DNA from: Candidatus Sericytochromatia bacterium
GTDB taxonomy: Bacteria > Cyanobacteriota > Sericytochromatia > S15B-MN24 > UBA4093
Reading direction: 5' to 3'
Length of the DNA stretch: 64,000 bases
Assembly (NCBI GenBank): GCA_036676985.1
Contig: JAKFBU010000073.1
Span: forward strand, 64,001 to 128,000
Below are positions 29,753 to 36,924 of this stretch, one piece after another. How positions within the stretch are numbered: position 1 is the first letter of the stretch; the number at the start of each line of letters is the position of its first letter. The translations under genes were made by a program, and so were the position numbers. The notes under the pieces are model-generated. The model did no database searches. It had not been told where the DNA came from and saw only the letters and a list, made by a program, of their open reading frames with translations.

Positions 29753-29797
29753 GGCCCCTCCTCCCGATCGCGACGACAGGCTACCAGGGTAGCCCCT

Positions 29798-30601
29798 TCA
29801 TGCCTCGCTGGATAGCCCTCCGGATCCGCCGGCCGGGTCCAGGCTCGGGGCCAGGGCCTCGCGCTCGTCGAACACGAAGCAGTCCCCCCGCCAGCCCGGA
29901 GCCTGCGTCTCCTCGAAGTACTTGAGGATGCCGCCTTCGAGCTGGTAGACGTGCTCCAGGCCGAGCCCGCGCATGTAGAGGGCCGCCTTCTCGCAGCGGA
30001 TGCCGCCCGTGCAGTAGCTCACGACCGTCTTACCTTCGAGCTCCTGGCGATGGGCCTCAACGGCCGCCGGAAAGTCGCTGAACTTCTCGAGCCGCCAGTC
30101 GATGGCGCCCGCGAAGGCCCCGTGATCCACCTCGAAGGCGTTGCGGGTGTCGAGCGTGACGACCTCGCGCCCCGCGTCGTCCCGGCCCGCCGCCAGCCAG
30201 CGCGCGAGCGTCTCGGGGCGGACCGAAGGGGCCCGGCCCTCGGCCGGACGAATGGTCGGGTGGTTCATGCGGATGATCTCGCGCTTGATCTTGACCTTGA
30301 GGCGCTTGAAGGGAACGTCCTCGCTCCAGCTCTCCTTGGGCTCCAGGGCCTCGAAGCGGGGATCCGAGCGCAGCCACGCGACCCAGCCCCGGACGTCGTC
30401 GGGAGCCCCTGCCAGGAACAGGTTGATGCCCTCCGCGGCGAGGAGCACCGTCCCCTTCAAGGAGCGTGCGGCCGCTTCAATCAGCGCCCGCTCGCGCAGG
30501 GCGTGGGGATCCGCGATCGCCACGAAGCGATAGGCCGAGATGTTCAGGACGGGGCGCACGACGAACCTCGCGAGCAAAAGGGGGGCGCCTCCAGCATACA
30601 C
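29798..30601 (-). CDS. trhO: tRNA uridine(34) hydroxylase TrhO / rhodanese-related sulfurtransferase
   Basis: LKGTVLLAAEGIN, RLKVKIKREII, LDTRNAFE, YCTGGIRCEKA, LEGGILKY, CFVFDER. True start may be a few codons downstream. Confidence 0.88.
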   Translation of the reverse strand: MYAGGAPLLLARFVVRPVLNISAYRFVAIADPHALRERALIEAAARSLKGTVLLAAEGINLFLAGAPDDVRGWVAWLRSDPRFEALEPKESWSEDVPFKRLKVKIKREIIRMNHPTIRPAEGRAPSVRPETLARWLAAGRDDAGREVVTLDTRNAFEVDHGAFAGAIDWRLEKFSDFPAAVEAHRQELEGKTVVSYCTGGIRCEKAALYMRGLGLEHVYQLEGGILKYFEETQAPGWRGDCFVFDEREALAPSLDPAGGSGGLSSEA

Positions 30602-30686
30602 GACGGACCGTCAGAACGCGCCCGGCGCGGTGGTATGCGGTATGCTGGCAGCACCGCCTCCCCCCTAGACCCACAGGTATCCCATC

Positions 30687-31055
30687 GTGAAAGCCAAGCA
30701 GATCATCGTCATGCGCCGGAAGTACCCCTCGGGAGTCAAGCTCCGCCGGGGCAAGGAGATTGCCCAGGGCGCCCATGCCTCGCAATTGGCCACCCAGATG
30801 GCCGCCGAGCTGAACACGCGCGCCTACCAGGAGTGGGTGGCCGGGCCCATCGCCAAGATCTGCGTCTACGTCGAGACCGAAGAGGAGCTCGTGGCCCTCG
30901 CCGACCGAGCGCGGGAGGCCGGGCTGCCCTACGCCCTCATCACGGACGCGGGGCATACCGAGTTCCACGGCGTCCCCACCCGGACGGCGCTCGGCATCGG
31001 GCCCGCCTACCCCGAGGAGCTCGATCCCATCACGGGGCACCTGCCCCTCTACTAG
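30687..31055 (+). CDS. Aminoacyl-tRNA hydrolase, PTH2 type
   Basis: KQIIVMR, GKEIAQGAHAS, KICVYV, ITDAGHTEFHG.PT.TALGIGP, DPITGHLPLY. Confidence 0.92.
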   Translation: MKAKQIIVMRRKYPSGVKLRRGKEIAQGAHASQLATQMAAELNTRAYQEWVAGPIAKICVYVETEEELVALADRAREAGLPYALITDAGHTEFHGVPTRTALGIGPAYPEELDPITGHLPLY

Positions 31056-31222
31056 GGTGAGCCCCGGGCCCCGATCGGGTATACGAACCCCTGCCTGCCA
31101 CTCAGCTCAAGGAGGGTTCATGGTCCGCGGCATTCACGGCCTATTCTGCGAACCGCGCTAAACCAAGGGCTCCCAGGCCTAGCCACCCCGCTCGTTCTGG
31201 CCCTGCCAGGAAAGGATTCCCC

Positions 31223-31624
31223 ATGTCCGACACCACCACCCGCACCGGCATCTCGCACGTCGGGATCGTCTCCATCAACGTGCGCGACCTCGACGCGGCG
31301 ATCGCCTTCTACACCACCAAGCTCGGCTTCGACAAGACGACCGACGCCCAGATGGGGCCCGGCGCCCGCTGGGTCGAGGTGACGCCCCCGGGCGCCCAGA
31401 CCCGCCTGACGCTCATCGCCGAGGGCAACCCCGCCTTCGAGCCCGACCGGATCGGCAAGAACATCACCAGCACCTTCGAGGTCGTCGACTTCGAGGCCAC
31501 CTGCGCCGATCTCAAGCGCCGGGGCGTGACCTTCCGCGTCGAGCCCTCCCAGGAGCCCTGGGGCTGGTGGGCCGAGATCCTGGACCAGGACGGCAACGTC
31601 CTCGGCCTGCACGCCAACGCCTGA
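31223..31624 (+). CDS. VOC (glyoxalase/bleomycin resistance) family protein
   Basis: VRDLDAAIAFYTTKLGF, RWVEVTPPG, EPWG..A..DQDGN. Confidence 0.92.
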   Translation: MSDTTTRTGISHVGIVSINVRDLDAAIAFYTTKLGFDKTTDAQMGPGARWVEVTPPGAQTRLTLIAEGNPAFEPDRIGKNITSTFEVVDFEATCADLKRRGVTFRVEPSQEPWGWWAEILDQDGNVLGLHANA

Positions 31625-31631
31625 TGCGATC

Positions 31632-31656
31632 GCGCCCCCCGGAATCCGGGGGGCGC
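31632..31656. terminator. Hairpin between convergent VOC and nitroreductase genes
   Basis: gcgccccccgga-a-tccggggggcgc inverted repeat. Confidence 0.6.
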
Positions 31657-31663
31657 ACCTGTT

Positions 31664-32269
31664 CTAATCGGCGGGGCCGTGCGGCACCTGATACTGCAAG
31701 TTCATGCGGCCCGCGCTCGGCGGCGGCGTCTCGTCCGGATGGCCGAAGGCCATGAGCGAGACCATCTCCAGGTGCTCCGGCAGCTTGTAGTGCGCGCGAA
31801 CCTCGTCATGGTCGAAGTGGTGGACCCAGCAACCCGCCAGGCCCATCTCGACCGCCTGGAGCATCATGTGCTCGCCCGCGATGCCGGCGTTCACGAAGGC
31901 CCAGTCCCGGCCCACCTTGAGCTCGAAGGGGCGGCCCGCACCCGAGCGCATCTGATCGAAGCCCGCCCCGGGGGCCTTCAGCATGGCCTCCATCTGCTGC
32001 CGGAAGGGCTCGTCCACGCTCAGATCGACCATGAGCACCAGGACCAGGGGAGCCGAGGCCACGGCCCCGGTGTCGTAGGCAGCCCGGCGTACGACGTCCA
32101 GGCCGTCCTCTTCCTGCACGACGATCACGCGGACGTGCGAGAGGTTGCAGGCCGCTGGCGACAGGCGGGCGGCCTCGAGCATGGCCTCGACGTACTCGCG
32201 ATCGACCGAGCGAGGCTGGAACTTGCGGGTGCTGTGGCGGTTGGCGATCGCGCCGAGAATGGTGGGCAT
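31664..32269 (-). CDS. Nitroreductase family protein
   Basis: AGGAGG RBS; RHSTRKF, EAARLSPAACN, MLQAVEMGLAGCWV, AFGHPDE. Confidence 0.9.
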   Translation of the reverse strand: MPTILGAIANRHSTRKFQPRSVDREYVEAMLEAARLSPAACNLSHVRVIVVQEEDGLDVVRRAAYDTGAVASAPLVLVLMVDLSVDEPFRQQMEAMLKAPGAGFDQMRSGAGRPFELKVGRDWAFVNAGIAGEHMMLQAVEMGLAGCWVHHFDHDEVRAHYKLPEHLEMVSLMAFGHPDETPPPSAGRMNLQYQVPHGPAD

Positions 32270-32309
32270 GGGACCTCCTGGGCGGGCCCCGGGCCGTGTG
32301 CCCGGAAGG

Positions 32310-33158
32310 CTAGCCGGAAAAAGCAGCCAGGTTCTCCGAGATGAACTGATCCAACGAACGAGCGGGCTTGTGGATGACCTCCGCGACCGAGGCGGTGGGC
32401 GCGGGGGATTCGGTGGTGCGGGCCGCGGCGAACATGGCGGCGATGTCGAGCGCCATCGGGCCCGGCAGGCCGAGCTCCGCAAAGACGTCCGGTCCGTTCT
32501 CGGGTGGCACGTCCTCGAAGCGCACCGGACGCTCGAGGGCCACGGAGAACCGATCGGCGATGGCCGCGCACGACAGCGCCTCGGGCCCCGTGAGCTCGTA
32601 GGTGCGGCCCTCGTGGCCAGGCGCGGTCAGGACGGCGACCGCGACCTCCGCCACGTCGCGCAGGTCCACGTAGGGGATGGCGCCGTCGCCCGCCGGAGCA
32701 CAGAAAGCCCCCCGCGACTTGATCCCCGGTGCGAAGACCATGAGGAAGTTCTGCATCAGGAAGCGCGGCCGCAGGATCGTGAAGGGCACCCCCGACTCCC
32801 GGACGGCCGATTCGAGCTGCCAGTTCCACCGGGCCTGGACGAGAGGGGAGTCCGCGGCCGCCCCGAAGTTCGAGATCTTGACGATGCGCTCGATGCCCGA
32901 CCCACAGGAGGCATGGATGGCGTTCAGCTGGAGGGTGAGCTGGGCCAGGGTGCCGGGGGCCGAGCAGTAGAGGGCTCGGACATCCTTGAAGATGGCGCTC
33001 CAGTCCTCCGGCTCCCGGGTCACGACCTCGACGTCCATGCCGAAGGCGGCAGGGTTGGGCAACCCGGGCGCCAGGACCCGCACGGGGATCGCCCTCGCGC
33101 GCAGCTGCGTGATGACGGCCTTGGAAATCCGACCGGTGGCTCCCACGATGAGGATCAT
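32310..33158 (-). CDS. NmrA-like/atypical SDR NAD(P)-binding protein
   Basis: MILIVGATGRI, SGVPFTILRP, YVDLRDVAEVA, GRTYELTGPEALS. Confidence 0.9.
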   Translation of the reverse strand: MILIVGATGRISKAVITQLRARAIPVRVLAPGLPNPAAFGMDVEVVTREPEDWSAIFKDVRALYCSAPGTLAQLTLQLNAIHASCGSGIERIVKISNFGAAADSPLVQARWNWQLESAVRESGVPFTILRPRFLMQNFLMVFAPGIKSRGAFCAPAGDGAIPYVDLRDVAEVAVAVLTAPGHEGRTYELTGPEALSCAAIADRFSVALERPVRFEDVPPENGPDVFAELGLPGPMALDIAAMFAAARTTESPAPTASVAEVIHKPARSLDQFISENLAAFSG

Positions 33159-33306
33159 GCGTCCCTCTTTCCGGATGGCAACGAAAACGGGCACGATTCG
33201 AGCATCTTAGATCCAGATTAGCCATGTACCTCGGACTAGCCATCCGTATCTATTACGAAGCCGACATAAGAGAACGCTAATCACCGGCTTTAAGTAACAA
33301 TCAGAA

Positions 33307-33344
33307 CAAAGTCCCCCTCGATTCGCGAATCGAGGGGGACTTTG
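33307..33344. terminator. Perfect 38-bp palindrome, likely intrinsic terminator of the ArsR-SRPBCC operon
   Basis: caaagtccccctcgattcg|cgaatcgagggggactttg with short A/T tails, about 20 nt beyond the stop at 33364. Confidence 0.7.
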
Positions 33345-33363
33345 GTAAAAAAGCGGAAAGCGG

Positions 33364-33903
33364 CTACTGCCCGAGGCTCCAGGACGGATAAGCGTGCTTG
33401 ACCTCGTCGTAGCGTTGCATCCAGTTCGGCAAGGTCTCTTTGGAGAGCTGGGCGCCCAGGCGATCGAGGAAGGAGTGCGTCCCCGGCGCGAAGCCGAGCG
33501 CCGTGCCGCGCGAGAGTCGGCTGTGGGTCAAGGTGAGCCGGGTGCCGCCCTCGATGGGCTCGAGCTCCCAGCGCACCACCGAGCGCTCGCCCTGCGGGAC
33601 GTGCTCATGGGGCTCCAGGTTCCACTCGTAGGAGTAGAGGGTGTAGGGCTCCCAGGCGAGGATCTGGCCGGTCCACTCGAAGCGCGCCGGGCCGCTCGTC
33701 ATCTTGACGCTGCCGCCCGGACGGCCGTCGATGACCGCCTGGGTCATGAACCAGCTCGCGAGCTGCGCGGGATCCGTCAGGGCCGACCAGACGGCCTCCG
33801 GGGGATGGGGATAGGTGCGCACGAAGTGCAGGGTGGCCTGATCGCCGTCGAAGGCGACCTCTCCCGCCGGGGTGGGCAGGCTGTCACGGGTAGGCTGGGT
33901 CAC
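33364..33903 (-). CDS. SRPBCC/Aha1-domain protein
   Basis: FVRTYPHPPEAVWSALTDP..LASWF, VRWELEP..GGTRLTLTH; GTG start after AGGAG, coupled to arsR. Confidence 0.88.
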   Translation of the reverse strand: MTQPTRDSLPTPAGEVAFDGDQATLHFVRTYPHPPEAVWSALTDPAQLASWFMTQAVIDGRPGGSVKMTSGPARFEWTGQILAWEPYTLYSYEWNLEPHEHVPQGERSVVRWELEPIEGGTRLTLTHSRLSRGTALGFAPGTHSFLDRLGAQLSKETLPNWMQRYDEVKHAYPSWSLGQ

Positions 33904-33907
33904 GGGT

Positions 33908-34231
33908 CTAGCTCCTGTCGTCTCTGGGGTATCGGGCATCCAGGTGGGTGCCAAGGGCGTCGAGGCTCCGGGTCCAAAGGGCCTGGTAGCGCTCGATCCA
34001 GGCCGTCACCTCGGCGAAGGCCGCGGGCTGCAACGAATAGATCCGCCGCTGGGCATCGACGCGCGCCCGGATCAGGCCCGCCTCGCGCAGCACCCGGAGG
34101 TGCCGAGAGATGGCGGGCTGACTGAGGGCCGGAAACGCCTCCACCAGCTCACCGGCGGCGCGATCGCCGTCCAGGAGCAGGTCGAGGACGCGCCGGCGCG
34201 TCGGATCCGCAAGGGCGGCGTAGACGTCCAC
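33908..34231 (-). CDS. ArsR/SmtB-family transcriptional regulator
   Basis: ALADPTRRRVLDLL, SQPAISRHLRVLREAGL, AQRRIYSL. Confidence 0.93.
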   Translation of the reverse strand: MDVYAALADPTRRRVLDLLLDGDRAAGELVEAFPALSQPAISRHLRVLREAGLIRARVDAQRRIYSLQPAAFAEVTAWIERYQALWTRSLDALGTHLDARYPRDDRS

Positions 34232-34241
34232 GAAGCCTCCT

Positions 34242-34275
34242 TAACCGATCAGTTATATAACACGAACGTGATACA
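34242..34275. promoter_or_regulatory. Putative ArsR autoregulatory operator(s)
   Basis: Near-palindrome TAACCGATCAGTTA next to the arsR RBS, followed by a weaker TATAACACGAACGTGATA; AT-rich patch between divergent genes. Confidence 0.5.
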
Positions 34276-34384
34276 CCGATCAAGCGGTGGTTCGCAGGAC
34301 ACAGGCAGTCAGTCGGCGGTCATGGTAACGTGCAAGCACGATGCCCCCTGCGGCCCCCCGGCCGGACGATCAGAAGGATCCGAG

Positions 34385-35398
34385 ATGCGCGCATTCGTCC
34401 TCTCACGCTACGGTGGCCCCGAGGGCGCCGACCTCCGCGAGGTGCCCGTCCCCCAGCCCCGACCCCACGAGCTCCAGATCAAGGTGCATGCGGCGGGCCT
34501 CAACCCGGTCGATTACAAGTTCCGCGAAGGCAAGCTGAAAGTCCTCTACCGGCCCTCCTTTCCCGTGATCCTGGGCAACGAGCTGTCCGGGACGGTCATG
34601 GCCATGGGCCGCGAGGTCCGCGGCTTCGAGGTGGGCGATCGAGTCTTCACGCGGGTCGACAAGTTCGCCATGGGCGCGTTTGCCGAGGTCGCCTGCATCG
34701 ACGCGGGCCTGGTCGCCAAGGTGCCCGCGTCCCTCGAGCTCACGGCGGCGGCGGGCGTGCCGCTCGCCGCCCTCACGGCCCTGCAGTGCCTGCGCGACGA
34801 GCTGAACGTGCAGCCGCGCTTCCGCCTCTTCATCTCCGGAGGGGCCGGTGGCGTCGGCACCTTCGCCATCCAGCTCGCCAAGCATCTGGGCGCGCACGTC
34901 ACGACGACGGCCTCTCCGCGCGGCGAGGCCCTGGTCCGGCGGCTCGGCGCCGACGAGGTCGTGGACTACACGCAGGCGCGCTTCTGGGACGTCCTGAAGG
35001 ACATGGACGGGGCCCTGGACCTGGTGGGGGGAGAGACGCTCGAGCGGTCGTTCGAGGTCGTCAAGCGCGGCGGCAAGGTCGTCTCGGTCGCGGGCCTGCC
35101 CGAGCCGGAGACGGCGCGCCGGGACCTGCAAGCGGGCGGGGGGCTGGCCGCCCTCTTCTGGCTCGCGAGCCTGCAGACCCGCATGGTTGGCCGGAAGCAC
35201 GGCGTCACCTACCGCTACAAGTTCATGCTGCCGAGCGGCACGGACCTCGCCCTGCTCGCGGACCTCCTCTCGGACGGTCGGCTCGACGTCGTGGTGGACC
35301 GGGTCTTTCCCCTGTCGCAGATCGACCAGGCCTTTGCCTACCTGGAGTCGGGTCGCGCCAAGGGCAAGGTCATCGTGAGCCTCGGTGAAACGCCCTAG
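34385..35398 (+). CDS. NADP-dependent oxidoreductase (MDR/quinone oxidoreductase-like)
   Basis: VHAAGLNPVDYK, ILGNELSG, AAGVPLAALTALQ, GGAGGVGTFAIQLAK, GRAKGKVIV. Confidence 0.93.
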   Translation: MRAFVLSRYGGPEGADLREVPVPQPRPHELQIKVHAAGLNPVDYKFREGKLKVLYRPSFPVILGNELSGTVMAMGREVRGFEVGDRVFTRVDKFAMGAFAEVACIDAGLVAKVPASLELTAAAGVPLAALTALQCLRDELNVQPRFRLFISGGAGGVGTFAIQLAKHLGAHVTTTASPRGEALVRRLGADEVVDYTQARFWDVLKDMDGALDLVGGETLERSFEVVKRGGKVVSVAGLPEPETARRDLQAGGGLAALFWLASLQTRMVGRKHGVTYRYKFMLPSGTDLALLADLLSDGRLDVVVDRVFPLSQIDQAFAYLESGRAKGKVIVSLGETP

Positions 35399-35582
35399 CA
35401 CGAGCCGCCGGGCCCGCCGACAGGTTCGCCCTGAAGGCGGGATGCCGAGCGGAAACGCACGAAACTAACGGCCAAGGCCCAAGCATCACGTTTACCTCAC
35501 CCAAGCCTAACGGCCTCTCACGCAAGCGATGGCTGGTTGTTTGTTAAATTAAAATTAGCCAATCGTTTTTGGGAGGTTATGT

Positions 35583-36698
35583 TTGAAGAAGTTCGTACTC
35601 GCGTCCCTGGTCCTGTCGATCGTGGCGGGCTGCGGCCAGATCCAGCCGACGGCCTACTCGACCCGCTCGCTCGACGATGCCACCGTCGTCCGCGACATGG
35701 GCTTCAAGGGCGGCAAGACGCTCGCCCTCAACCTCTCGGTCCCCCAGGAAGCCCTGCGCGGCATCCAGGCGGTCTCCGACTTCAAGGGTTGGACGGCCAA
35801 GGACATCTACCAGTACGACCTTACGCTCAGCGACGTGACGACGTCGACCGCCAAGACCCTGGCGACCTTCTCGGTCGTTTGCAAGGAAGGCAAGGCCAAG
35901 GCCCTCTTCACGAACTTGAAGCCCGGCCTCAAGTACCAGATCAAGGTCGTCGCGAAGGGTAACAAGGGCGGCACGGCGGCCACGTCGGTGCTCAACACCC
36001 AGACGCCTGCCGTCGGCAACCTGGACCTGACGGAGACCGCCCCGGACAGCGGCGCCATCGAGGTGACGACGAGCATCGTCGTCCAGTTGGACGGCGCCTA
36101 CGAGCGCACGGGCTCGGTGAGCCTGGTGCCCCTCGACGGCAACACCATCTCCGATGCCGCCGAGGTCGGCTTCGGAGAATGCGGCGACTGCGAGGACAAC
36201 CGCATCACCGGCGGCACCACCACCTACGACTCGACGCTGGTGGACGGCGACGTGTTCAGCACCGACGCCTCGACGAACAGCTGGACCAACAAGAACAACG
36301 GCTGGGCCTGGATCCAGCATGACCTGGACGGCGTCTACGAGATCTCGAAGATCCGGGTGCGCCACGCCTACTCGGACCTCCGCTACGCGCCCTGCACGGA
36401 CATCTACCTGAAGGTCCGCAACCTCGACGGCGAGTGGGTGACGGTCGATCACCTCCAGAACACCAACCTCAACTTCTACACCAAGACGCTGACGACTCCC
36501 ATCAAGGCCACGGCGTTCCGCCTGGTCATGACCGACCTGAACGGCTGGTTCTCGGCCACGGGCCTCTCGCTCCACGGCGTCGCCGGCTCGCAGGCCGACA
36601 ACGAGCAGGCCGAGAAGGTGAAGAAGGAGCACGACGACAACGGCCACGGCAACGACCCGGGCCACTTCGACCCCTCGAACCCCGGCAAGAACTGGTAA
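35583..36698 (+). CDS. Hypothetical lipoprotein with C-terminal discoidin/galactose-binding-like region
   Basis: GGAGG RBS plus TTG; lipobox VAGC; DGD..T.W, WIQHDL..YEISKIRV, DGEWVTV pattern; strong C-ending codon bias; own terminator. Confidence 0.8.
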   Translation: MKKFVLASLVLSIVAGCGQIQPTAYSTRSLDDATVVRDMGFKGGKTLALNLSVPQEALRGIQAVSDFKGWTAKDIYQYDLTLSDVTTSTAKTLATFSVVCKEGKAKALFTNLKPGLKYQIKVVAKGNKGGTAATSVLNTQTPAVGNLDLTETAPDSGAIEVTTSIVVQLDGAYERTGSVSLVPLDGNTISDAAEVGFGECGDCEDNRITGGTTTYDSTLVDGDVFSTDASTNSWTNKNNGWAWIQHDLDGVYEISKIRVRHAYSDLRYAPCTDIYLKVRNLDGEWVTVDHLQNTNLNFYTKTLTTPIKATAFRLVMTDLNGWFSATGLSLHGVAGSQADNEQAEKVKKEHDDNGHGNDPGHFDPSNPGKNW

Positions 36699-36713
36699 TT
36701 CAATCAACGACCG

Positions 36714-36745
36714 TCAGGGCCGCCTTCGAACGAAGGCGGCCCTGA
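36714..36745 (+). terminator. Intrinsic terminator after the lipoprotein gene
   Basis: tcagggccgccttcg-aa-cgaaggcggccctga followed by gtcttt. Confidence 0.75.
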
Positions 36746-36790
36746 GTCTTTGAACAACCAGTGCCCCGCAACCGCCCGAGCGGACGACGG

Positions 36791-36898
36791 TGGACCCCCG
36801 CTTTCGCGAGGGTGACGGGAGTGCCGAATCGTGAGTAAGTGAATGCACTTTTCGGCAGCCAGTAGCGGCTACGTCACCCTCGCGAAAGCGGGGGTCCA
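36791..36898. repeat. REP doublet (REPIN-like): two inverted 27-bp internally palindromic units
   Basis: 36791-36817 tggacccccgctttcgcgagggtgacg is the exact reverse complement of 36872-36898; the spacer holds tgccgaa/ttcggca. Confidence 0.75.
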
Positions 36899-36924
36899 GT
36901 ACGGGGCCCTCGGGCAGAGAATCA

